Below, in pieces: positions 8,688-17,188 of a stretch of 64,000 nt of DNA. The stretch covers positions 11,741 through 75,740 of the forward strand of contig CAUJFW010000239.1 of assembly GCA_963170075.1 (NCBI GenBank), written 5' to 3'. The DNA is from Gemmatimonadota bacterium (lineage in GTDB: Bacteria > Gemmatimonadota > Gemmatimonadetes > Gemmatimonadales > Gemmatimonadaceae). The first letter of the stretch is position 1; the number at the start of each line of letters is the position of its first letter. The notes beneath the pieces were generated by a model. That model had not been told where the DNA came from and searched no databases. It saw only the letters and a list, made by a program, of their open reading frames with translations. Both the position numbers and the translations under genes were made by a program.

Positions 8688-10385
8688 GTGCCTGCGCCGC
8701 TGCTGTTCGCACGCATGGCCCACCCCACCCGCGCGAACGCGCCGGTGGCGCGCCGCGGGCCCGACGTCATTGATGATGCGCAGTTCCGCCGGCGCGTGCG
8801 CGGCTGGTGCCAGGCGTGCCTCGCGTTGTCGGGTCCGTCCATCGCGCTCGTTGAACCCGATGGCGTGGAGTTTGCCGCGGCGCTGATCGGTGCGTGGTAC
8901 GCGGGCAAAACGGTGTATGTCCCCGGCGATGTGCAACCGGATACCTGCCGTGCGCTCGCGCAGGTTGGGGTGCACTTCGCCGGCGCCTTTCCCGATCCCT
9001 GGTCCACCATCGGCGCCGTTCACGACGGCGACGCCTCGCTGCCGTTCGACGTGCTGGATGCGAATACGGCCGCGCTGGTGATCTACACATCCGGATCCAC
9101 CGGTGTCCCGCAGGCGCTGCACAAACGCGCTGGGCAACTGCTGGCCGAAGTGGGCACGCTGGAGCAGCAGTTCGGTGCGCGTGTCGAGGGAAGTGAAATC
9201 CTGGCGACGGTGTCACACCAGCACATCTACGGCTTGCTCTTCAAGATTCTCTGGCCGCTGGTCACTGGGCGCACCTTCGAATCGGTGAGTGTGCCGTTTC
9301 CCGAACATGTGGTGGCGCATTTGCGCGAGCGGCGCACCACCGTCATCTCGGGCCCCGCGCACCTCAAGCGGTTGCCGCAGTCACTCGAGTGGGCGGCCGC
9401 GCGCGGCGGATTGGCCGCGCTGTTCTCTTCAGGCGGCCCGATTTCGCTCGATACCGTCACATCGGTGGAATCGCTGCTGCAACAGGCGCCCATCGAGGTC
9501 TATGGCAGCTCGGAAACCGGTGGCATTGCCTGGCGCCAACGCACCGGCGGACACGACGAGCCATGGACGCCGTTCCCGGGTGTGCAGGTTCGTGATGACC
9601 AGGGGCATCTGAGTGTGTGTTCACCCCACCTGGCCGACGCGTCGTGGTTCACGGTGGCGGATACCGTGACCTTCGACGCAGAACATCGCTTCACGCTCTG
9701 CGGACGCGCCGATCGCATCGTGAAGATCGAGGGCAAGCGGGTATCGCTGGTGGCGATCGAGCAGGCATTGCTTCGTTCGGGGCTCGTGGACGACGCGCGC
9801 GTGGTGCTGCTCGATACGGGGCGGGACGAGCTCGGCGCCGCCGTGGTCCCCAGTCACGCGGGCTGGCTGGTGCTGCGCGAGGATGGCATCAACAGTCTGC
9901 GCGCGCGGCTCACCACCGCGGTCTCACAGGGCACCGAGCGCATGGCGCGGCCGCGCCGCTGGCGCGTGCTCGATGCTCTGCCCGTCAATGCCGTGGGCAA
10001 GACCACCATCGCCGACATCGAGCGGCTCTTTGCGCCGTTCACCATGTCCGAACCGGCGCTTCATGCCCGCGAGCTGACCCCGGAGAAGGCGCACTACGAC
10101 GTGTACGTCAGCCCGCACCTGCAGGTGTTCGACGGCCACTTCGACAAACTGCCCGTGCTCCCTGGTGTGGCCCAGGTGGATTGGGCCATCACCTTCGGTC
10201 GACGCTGCTTCGGCATTGGCGGGGCGTTCGAGCGGTTGGAAGCCGTCAAGTTTCACCGGCTCTACCAGCCGGGCGCGCTGCTGTCTCTCGAGATGGAATG
10301 GCGCGCCGAACGGGCCCTGTTGACGTTCAAGTTCACCTCGAGCGCGGGATCGCATTCGAGCGGACGCGTGTTTTTCGCGCGTTGA
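8688..10385 (+). CDS. AMP-dependent acyl-ACP synthetase fused to C-terminal hotdog dehydratase (ApeH-ApeI-like fusion)
   Basis: YTSGSTGVPQ, YGSSETGG and GRADRIVKIEGKR adenylation motifs, then FDGHFDKLPVLPGVAQVDW DH motif. Start 8688 or 8715. Confidence 0.88.
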   Translation: MPAPLLFARMAHPTRANAPVARRGPDVIDDAQFRRRVRGWCQACLALSGPSIALVEPDGVEFAAALIGAWYAGKTVYVPGDVQPDTCRALAQVGVHFAGAFPDPWSTIGAVHDGDASLPFDVLDANTAALVIYTSGSTGVPQALHKRAGQLLAEVGTLEQQFGARVEGSEILATVSHQHIYGLLFKILWPLVTGRTFESVSVPFPEHVVAHLRERRTTVISGPAHLKRLPQSLEWAAARGGLAALFSSGGPISLDTVTSVESLLQQAPIEVYGSSETGGIAWRQRTGGHDEPWTPFPGVQVRDDQGHLSVCSPHLADASWFTVADTVTFDAEHRFTLCGRADRIVKIEGKRVSLVAIEQALLRSGLVDDARVVLLDTGRDELGAAVVPSHAGWLVLREDGINSLRARLTTAVSQGTERMARPRRWRVLDALPVNAVGKTTIADIERLFAPFTMSEPALHARELTPEKAHYDVYVSPHLQVFDGHFDKLPVLPGVAQVDWAITFGRRCFGIGGAFERLEAVKFHRLYQPGALLSLEMEWRAERALLTFKFTSSAGSHSSGRVFFAR

Positions 10386-10420
10386 TACGTCCGCTGACTG
10401 CGTCCGTTGACTGCGTCCAT
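10383..10420. repeat. Imperfect 12-13-bp tandem repeat x3, each unit beginning TGA
   Basis: tgatacgtccgc / tgactgcgtccgt / tgactgcgtccat; the first TGA is the ligase stop. Confidence 0.75.
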
Positions 10421-10429
10421 GGTGCCCTG

Positions 10430-11185
10430 ATGTTTCGCCCGGTGGTGGTCATTCCCGTGTTCAATCATGAGCGCTACGTGCCGGCGCTCGTGGACATTCT
10501 GCGCGGGCTGTCGCTCCCCTGCATTCTGGTGGACGACGGCAGTGAGGCGTCGTGCGCCGCGACACTCGACCGCGTCGCCGCCGCACACCCGGCGGAGGTC
10601 ACGCTGGTGCGTCACCGCGAGAACCAGGGAAAAGGTGGCGCCGTGCTCAGTGGCATCGCCGAGGCCGACCGCGCGGGGTTCACGCACGCGGTGCAGATCG
10701 ACGCCGACGGACAGCACACCGTGGAGGACGTCCCGCGGCTGATCGCACTCGCCGAGCAGTATCCGGATGCGCTCGTCACGGGGCAGCCGATTTTCGACGA
10801 CTCGGTGCCGCGCGCGCGTCTGGTGCTGCGCTACCTCACGCATATCATGGTGAGCGTGAATACCCTCACGCTGTCGCTCCGTGACGCCATGTGCGGGTTT
10901 CGCGTGTACCCGGTCGGTGCCATGATGGCGCTCACGCGACGGGTGCGGATGGGTCGGCGCATGGACTTCGATATCGAGGTGCTCGTGCGTCTCGATTGGG
11001 CGCGGGTGCCGATTGTACTGATGCCCACCCGGGTGCGCTATCCGCTCGACGGCATTTCGCACTTTCGTCTTGTGGCCGACAACGTCCGCATCACCGGCAT
11101 GCACACGCGACTGTTTCTGGGCATGCTGCCGCGCGCGCCGCGGCTGTTGCTCCGCCGCAATCGCACGATCCGCGCGGCGGCCTGA
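10430..11185 (+). CDS. Glycosyltransferase family 2
   Basis: VVIPVFNH, VDDGS, NQGKGGA, QIDADGQH and DAMCGFRVYP motifs. Confidence 0.92.
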   Translation: MFRPVVVIPVFNHERYVPALVDILRGLSLPCILVDDGSEASCAATLDRVAAAHPAEVTLVRHRENQGKGGAVLSGIAEADRAGFTHAVQIDADGQHTVEDVPRLIALAEQYPDALVTGQPIFDDSVPRARLVLRYLTHIMVSVNTLTLSLRDAMCGFRVYPVGAMMALTRRVRMGRRMDFDIEVLVRLDWARVPIVLMPTRVRYPLDGISHFRLVADNVRITGMHTRLFLGMLPRAPRLLLRRNRTIRAAA

Positions 11186-12132
11186 TGGCGCGGCACTGGG
11201 CGCAGATCGGCGAGGTCACCGTCGCCTCGGGGATCAAGCTGCTGTTTGTGATCCATCGGATCTTCGGGCGGTGGCCATTCCGGCTCATCGTCTACCCCAC
11301 CGTCCTGTTCTACCTGATCAGGCACCCGTTCGCCCGCCGCTCGTCGCGGTCGTACCTCACGCGGGTGTACCGCAGCATCGCCCCGACCGCCGGGGACGCG
11401 ACGTTGTGGCAGTCGGTGCGGCACTTCGCGACGTTTGCCGAGAGCATTCTCGACAAGCTGCGCATCTGGTCGGGCGAACTGCGCACCGAAGAAGTCACGT
11501 TTCACAACTACGATGTCATCAGCAGCGAGGTCGCGGCGGGGCGCGGTGGCGTGATCTTCGTGACGCACCTGGGCAACGTCGAGGTGTGTCGTGCGCTGAC
11601 CACCCGGAAGAACGGGGCGCGGCTGACAGTTCTGGTGCACACCAAACACGCACAGTCGTTCAATCGGCTGCTGGCCGAGCTCAATCCGGCGAGCGAACTC
11701 AATGTGTTGCAAGTTACCGAGGTCTCGGCCGATACCGTGATTCGGCTGCGGGAGAAGGTGGATCGCGGTGAGTTCATCGTGATCGCGTGCGATCGCATCC
11801 CGGTCTCAGAGAATCCGCGGGTGGCAGTGGCGGATTTTCTGGGGGCGCCGGCGGGGTTTCCCGTCGGACCGTACGTGCTGGCCAGTTTGCTGCAGTGCCC
11901 CAGTTATCTCCTGTTCTGCATCTCGGAGTCGGGGCGGTATCACATGTATTTTGAGCGCTTCCACGAGCGCATCGTGTTGCCGCGGGTCACTCGGGACGCG
12001 GCCCTCGGGGCGTTGGCGGCGGATTTTTCGGCGCGGCTGGCGTACTTCTGTCAGCGCGCGCCACTTCAGTGGTTCAACTTCTACGACTTCTGGGCCATGC
12101 CCACCATGGGACGTGCCGATGCATCACGTTGA
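11185..12132 (+). CDS. LpxL/LpxP-like lipid acyltransferase
   Basis: THLGNVE motif, ACDRIP, QWFNFYDFW C-terminus; TGATG coupling to the GT2 gene. Confidence 0.88.
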   Translation: MARHWAQIGEVTVASGIKLLFVIHRIFGRWPFRLIVYPTVLFYLIRHPFARRSSRSYLTRVYRSIAPTAGDATLWQSVRHFATFAESILDKLRIWSGELRTEEVTFHNYDVISSEVAAGRGGVIFVTHLGNVEVCRALTTRKNGARLTVLVHTKHAQSFNRLLAELNPASELNVLQVTEVSADTVIRLREKVDRGEFIVIACDRIPVSENPRVAVADFLGAPAGFPVGPYVLASLLQCPSYLLFCISESGRYHMYFERFHERIVLPRVTRDAALGALAADFSARLAYFCQRAPLQWFNFYDFWAMPTMGRADASR

Positions 12133-13669
12133 GAGTTCTGCGGGCCGACGCATCTCGTTCGGCGACCGCGCCTGCACGATTCAGGATGTCGTGGATCTGG
12201 CGCATCGCCGGGCGGTGGCGGAGCTCTCGAGCGATCCGGCGGTGCGCGCGCGCCTCCAACGCGGCGCCGATTTTGTCGATCGTCTGCTCGCGGAGGACGG
12301 CGTCATCTATGGCGTGACCACGGGCTACGGCGATTCGTGCACGGTCGTGGTGCCGCCCGACCTGGTCGACGAACTTCCCGAACGCCTGTTCACCTACCAT
12401 GGCTGCGGGCTGGGCGAGTATCTCACGCCCGAGCAGACGCGCGCCGTGATGGTGACGCGACTCTGCTCACTCGCCAAGGGGTTTTCAGGTGTCAGTCTCC
12501 GGCTGCTCGAGCAGTTGGTGGCGCTGTTGCAGCACGATATCCTGCCACTGATTCCCGCCGAGGGATCGGTGGGCGCGAGCGGCGATCTGACGCCGTTGTC
12601 GTATGTCGCGGCCGCGCTCTGCGGGCAGCGCGATGTGATCTACAACGGGGTGCCCATGTCGGCGGCCGACGCGTTGGCACAGGCCGGTTTGGAACCGCTG
12701 CGCCTGCGGCCCAAGGAAGGGCTGGCGCTCATGAACGGCACGTCGGTCATGACAGCCCTCGCGTGTCTGGCCTACGATCGCGCGCAGTACACGAGCGCAC
12801 TGGCCACGCGCATCACCGCGCTCGCGTCGTTGTCGCTCGACGGCAATCCCAAACATTTCGATCACGCCCTCTTCGCTGTCAAACCGCACGCCGGACAGCA
12901 GCGTGTCGCCGCACGCATCTTTGAAGATCTCGCCGCCACGCCGCCCGAGCGCAACGAACACCGGCTGCAGGATCGGTATTCCATTCGCTGTGCACCGCAT
13001 GTGATCGGCGTGCTGGAAGACGCGTTGCCGTTCCTGTTCACCACGATCGAGAACGAACTCAACAGCGCCAACGACAATCCGATCATCGATCCGGATGCGG
13101 AGCTGGTGCTGCACGGCGGGCATTTCTACGGCGGCCATATCGCGTTCGCGATGGATTCGCTGAAAAACCTCATCGCCAACGTGGCCGATCTGCTCGACCG
13201 GCAATTTGCCCTGCTGGTGGACACGCGCTACAGCAACGGACTCCCCTCCAACCTGTCCGGTGCCACCGGCGCACGTTCGGCCATCAACCACGGACTCAAG
13301 GCGCTGCAGATCGCATCGTCGGCGTGGACGGCCGAGGCGCTCAAGTTGACCATGCCGGCGTCGGTGTTTTCGCGCTCCACCGAGTGCCACAATCAGGACA
13401 AGGTGAGCATGGGGACCATCGCCTCGCGCGATTGCCTGCGCGTGCTCGACCTCACCGATCAGGTGCTGGCGGCGATGCTGATTGCCGTGCGGCAGGGTAT
13501 TACGCTCCGGGACACGCACGGTGCCCTGCACCTCACCACCCCGGTTGGCGATTTCATGGCGATGCTGGACGCACAGATTCCCTTTGTCGGCGAAGACCGC
13601 GCGCTTGATCGCGATCTGCGCGGGTTGGTGTCCGCCATCCGCGCCCGGACCTGGCCGTTGTATGACTGA
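12119..13669 (+). CDS. MIO-dependent aromatic amino acid ammonia-lyase (HAL/PAL/TAL family)
   Basis: YGVTTGYG, GSVGASGDL (ASG MIO), KEGLALMNGT, QDRYSIRC and NQDKVSMG motifs. Confidence 0.95.
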   Translation: MHHVESSAGRRISFGDRACTIQDVVDLAHRRAVAELSSDPAVRARLQRGADFVDRLLAEDGVIYGVTTGYGDSCTVVVPPDLVDELPERLFTYHGCGLGEYLTPEQTRAVMVTRLCSLAKGFSGVSLRLLEQLVALLQHDILPLIPAEGSVGASGDLTPLSYVAAALCGQRDVIYNGVPMSAADALAQAGLEPLRLRPKEGLALMNGTSVMTALACLAYDRAQYTSALATRITALASLSLDGNPKHFDHALFAVKPHAGQQRVAARIFEDLAATPPERNEHRLQDRYSIRCAPHVIGVLEDALPFLFTTIENELNSANDNPIIDPDAELVLHGGHFYGGHIAFAMDSLKNLIANVADLLDRQFALLVDTRYSNGLPSNLSGATGARSAINHGLKALQIASSAWTAEALKLTMPASVFSRSTECHNQDKVSMGTIASRDCLRVLDLTDQVLAAMLIAVRQGITLRDTHGALHLTTPVGDFMAMLDAQIPFVGEDRALDRDLRGLVSAIRARTWPLYD

Positions 13670-14105
13670 TCCGGTGGTGTCGCCCGCGCGCAGCTGGTCG
13701 GCGGAGATTGCGCTCAAGATCCAGTTTTACGATCTCGATCCGATGCAGGTGGTGTGGCACGGCAACTATGCGCGCTATTTCGAACAGGCGCGCTGCGCAT
13801 TGCTCGATTCGATCGGCTACAACTACCCGGAGATGAAGGCCTCGGGGTACGCCTGGCCCGTGATCGACATGCACGTGCGTTATCTCCAGCCAGCCACCTT
13901 CGGGCAAGATGTGATCGTGCGCGCCGAGATTGTCGAGTGGGAACACCGGCTGCGCATGCAGTATCTCATTCGGGATGCCAGCACCTCGCTGCGACTCACC
14001 AAAGGCTCGACGGTGCAGGTGGCGGTCAGTCTCGAGTCGAAACTGATGTGCCTCCAGTCGCCGTCCATTCTCTTCGAGAAGCTCGGCGTACCGGAGCCGC
14101 TGTGA
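13662..14105 (+). CDS. Acyl-CoA/ACP thioesterase (4HBT/YbgC family)
   Basis: FYDLDPMQVVWHGNYARYFE motif. Confidence 0.92.
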   Translation: MTDPVVSPARSWSAEIALKIQFYDLDPMQVVWHGNYARYFEQARCALLDSIGYNYPEMKASGYAWPVIDMHVRYLQPATFGQDVIVRAEIVEWEHRLRMQYLIRDASTSLRLTKGSTVQVAVSLESKLMCLQSPSILFEKLGVPEPL

Positions 14106-14764
14106 CGCGACGCGTGACCGGACTCGGCGTTGCGCTTCTGATGGCACTGTCGGCCACCGGCGGTGGCAACGTGGCGCAGGCACAGCGCACGCCTGCCGTC
14201 GACGACGGCGCGCTGCTGCGGATTCAGAGTCTGGTCGCGCGCCCCGATGCCCTGTGTGGCGAGTTCGACCAGCAGAAATCACTGGTGGGACTCAAGCGCC
14301 CGGTGCAATCGTCCGGGCGGTTCTGCGTGCTCAAGGATCGCGGCGTCTTGTGGTCGACGCAGAAGCCCTTTGCGTCCACGCTGCAGCTCTCCCGCGCGGA
14401 GATTGTCGAGTCTCAGGGCTCGCGTGTGACCTCTCGCCTTACGGCCGGCGATGAACCATCCGTCGCCGTGATCAGCGATCTCCTGTTCTCGGTGCTGGCC
14501 GGAGATTTCGGTCGCCTGCGCAGCAACTTCAGCATTGACGCCAGCATCGACGGCGCTGCGTGGCGCGCGCGGATGACCCCCAGGGACGACGGCATGAAAC
14601 GGGTGATCGGTGCCATCGAGTTGGGCGGTGGTGAGTTTGTCCGGCAGATCATCATCACGGAAGCCTCCGGGGATCGCACCGTCATCGCCTTCACTGGATT
14701 TGCCGCCGGCATGACGGCGTTGCGCGCCGATGAACTCCGCGCCTTCGGTACAACGCGGAAGTGA
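14102..14764 (+). CDS. LolA-like outer-membrane lipoprotein carrier
   Basis: Signal peptide, GEFDQQK...SSGRF...GVLWSTQKPF; GTGA coupling to the thioesterase gene. Confidence 0.82.
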   Translation: MTRRVTGLGVALLMALSATGGGNVAQAQRTPAVDDGALLRIQSLVARPDALCGEFDQQKSLVGLKRPVQSSGRFCVLKDRGVLWSTQKPFASTLQLSRAEIVESQGSRVTSRLTAGDEPSVAVISDLLFSVLAGDFGRLRSNFSIDASIDGAAWRARMTPRDDGMKRVIGAIELGGGEFVRQIIITEASGDRTVIAFTGFAAGMTALRADELRAFGTTRK

Positions 14765-14774
14765 TGACCGTGCT

Positions 14775-17144
14775 GTGACACGCACGTTTCGCGTTTTGGC
14801 CTGGAGCTGGTTGCTGCTCGTGGTGGTCGCGCTCGCCGTCAACGCGAAGTGGTGGCTCGTCGAGCGGCGCGGTCTCGAAACAGATTTCCTCGCGCTGCTC
14901 CCGGCCCGTGAAGGCGACGCGGTAGTCAGTCACGCGTTCGAACATGTCACCGAGGCCGCACAGCAGAATGTGTTGGTGTTGGTGGGGGCGCCCGAGTGGC
15001 CGGTGGCGCGCGCGGCCGCCGAGGCGTACATGGCCGTGCTCTCCACGCATAGCGACAAGATCCGCACGTCGTCACTCACCGCGCTCACGTCGGACAGTGC
15101 GTTGGCGCCCTGGTGGAGAAACCGGCGTGCGCTGCTGACCGACGAGGACCGCGCGCAGCTCCGCGGCACCGACGGCGACGACTGGTCGCAGCGGGCACTG
15201 CAGGATCTGATGAGTCCCATCGGCACGGGACGCATCGGCGCGTGGCAGGATGATCCGTTTGGACTGTTCCGCCGCTGGCTTCGTGCACGGGCCGCCGAGT
15301 CGCCCGTTCGCCCAATGGACGGTGTGTTGCGCGTGGACGACGGCGACGTACGGTACGTGGTATTGCCCATGCGGCTCGCCGACGAAGCGTTTGCACTGTC
15401 GACCCAACGCACGGTCGAACCATTGCTGGCGCAGGCCAAGGCCGCCGCACTCGCGAAAGACCCTACCGTTCGCGTGTTGTCCGCCGGCATGATCTTCCCG
15501 GCCGCCGCCGCCGCCGCGCAAGCGAACCGGGAATTCTCCACGATCGGCTGGGGCTCGATCCTCGGCATCGTACTTCTCACGTGGATCACCTTTCGCTCGC
15601 TGCGCCCCATCGGCCTCGTCTTGCTGTCACTTGGCGTCGGCACGTTGGCCGCGCTCGCAGTGACCGCGTGGCTGTATCCGCAGGTGCACCTGATCACGCT
15701 GGTGTTTGGCGCGAGTCTCATCGGCGTGGCCGAAGATTACGGCATGCACTACCTGTGCATTCACGACCGCCATGCACGAGGCGGGCTAGTGGTGATGCGC
15801 GACTCGCTGCCTGGATTGGCCCTCGCCCTGCTCACCACGATCGTGTCGTTCTTCGGGTTGGGGCTGAGCCCGTTTCCAGGATTGCAGCAGATGGCCGTCT
15901 TTTCGGCTGTGGGGCTGTCAGCCGCGTGGATCACCGTGGTGCTGTGGTTTCCGTTGCTGGACGGCCCGCAGGTGGGATTGGCCCGCGTGGTCACCTGGTT
16001 CAACGCGTTGCGTCTCTGGTGGCAGCGATTGCTGGCCGGACGGGCGCGTTGGCCGTTGGCCGCCGCGGCACTGGTGGCCATGGTCGTCGGGCTGCGACGA
16101 CTGGTGCCCAACGATGATATCCGACTCCTGCAGAGTCTTCCCGCGCACATTCTGCAGGAGCAGGTGGATGTGGGTCAGATTCTGCAGCAACCGTTCGAGG
16201 CACAATTTTTCGTGGTGCGCGCGCCGACCGAGAGCGGCGTGCTGGAACGGGAAGAAGCGTTGCGCGTGCGCCTCGATTCGCTCGTACGCGCGGGCGTGAT
16301 CGCCGGCTACTCCGCCGTTTCGTCTTGGGTGCCGTCGCCGCGCACCCAGCAACGCGACCGAGAGCTGGTGGACCGCCGACTGTTGGGCGAAGGCGGTCCG
16401 CTCGACCGTCTGCGAGTGGCGCTCGGCGAAGCGCCGTCGTGGTCGGCGCGCCTGCGCGCGGACATCAGTGATGTCACGGCGGCCGGAACAGCCAACACGG
16501 CCACCGTGCCGCTGACGATTGCGACATGGTTGGCGAGCCCCGTGTCGGAGCCGATGCGTCCGCTCTGGCTGGGACCGCAGGGTTCGGACCTCGTGAGCGT
16601 GGTGACACTCAAGAACGTCGATGCGTCCCGCACCGAAGCCCTCGTCAACGCCGCACGCGATCTACCGGGCGTGGTGTGGGCCGATCAGGTGGCCAGCATC
16701 TCGCACGTCCTTGGGCGGTATCGCGAGCGTATGTCGTGGGTGCTGCTGGCCAGCTACGGCGTGATCTGGCTGCTCTTTCTGCCTCGGTACGGCCGGTCGG
16801 CGTGGCGCGTGTTGGCGCCGAGTATCACCGCGAGTCTGTCAGCCCTGGCCGTGGTGGGTCTCTTGGGAGAACCGTTGCAGCTCTTTCACATTCTCGCACT
16901 CTATCTCGTCTTTGGAATCGGCGTGGATTTCGCCATCTTCTTGAGCGAACGCACACACTCCAAGGGACAGGACGTGTGGTTTGCCGTCGGGCTGGCGGCC
17001 ACCAGCACCGTGTTGTCCCTTGGTCTTTTGGCACTGAGTGACACGCCGGTGTTGCACGCGTTCGGACTGGTGATGTTGGTCGGTGTTGTGGTCTCGATGG
17101 TGGTCGCACCACTATTCTGCTCGCTCGAGCGCGGTCACCGATAG
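14775..17144 (+). CDS. MMPL/RND-family exporter
   Basis: Two bundles of TM helices separated by large periplasmic loops; FGASLIGVAEDYG and GIGVDFAIF motifs. Start GTG 14775 inferred. Confidence 0.88.
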   Translation: MTRTFRVLAWSWLLLVVVALAVNAKWWLVERRGLETDFLALLPAREGDAVVSHAFEHVTEAAQQNVLVLVGAPEWPVARAAAEAYMAVLSTHSDKIRTSSLTALTSDSALAPWWRNRRALLTDEDRAQLRGTDGDDWSQRALQDLMSPIGTGRIGAWQDDPFGLFRRWLRARAAESPVRPMDGVLRVDDGDVRYVVLPMRLADEAFALSTQRTVEPLLAQAKAAALAKDPTVRVLSAGMIFPAAAAAAQANREFSTIGWGSILGIVLLTWITFRSLRPIGLVLLSLGVGTLAALAVTAWLYPQVHLITLVFGASLIGVAEDYGMHYLCIHDRHARGGLVVMRDSLPGLALALLTTIVSFFGLGLSPFPGLQQMAVFSAVGLSAAWITVVLWFPLLDGPQVGLARVVTWFNALRLWWQRLLAGRARWPLAAAALVAMVVGLRRLVPNDDIRLLQSLPAHILQEQVDVGQILQQPFEAQFFVVRAPTESGVLEREEALRVRLDSLVRAGVIAGYSAVSSWVPSPRTQQRDRELVDRRLLGEGGPLDRLRVALGEAPSWSARLRADISDVTAAGTANTATVPLTIATWLASPVSEPMRPLWLGPQGSDLVSVVTLKNVDASRTEALVNAARDLPGVVWADQVASISHVLGRYRERMSWVLLASYGVIWLLFLPRYGRSAWRVLAPSITASLSALAVVGLLGEPLQLFHILALYLVFGIGVDFAIFLSERTHSKGQDVWFAVGLAATSTVLSLGLLALSDTPVLHAFGLVMLVGVVVSMVVAPLFCSLERGHR

Positions 17145-17188
17145 CCTCGTTTCGCCCCTTCGCCTTCCGCACCTCCAGCATTCTCCCC

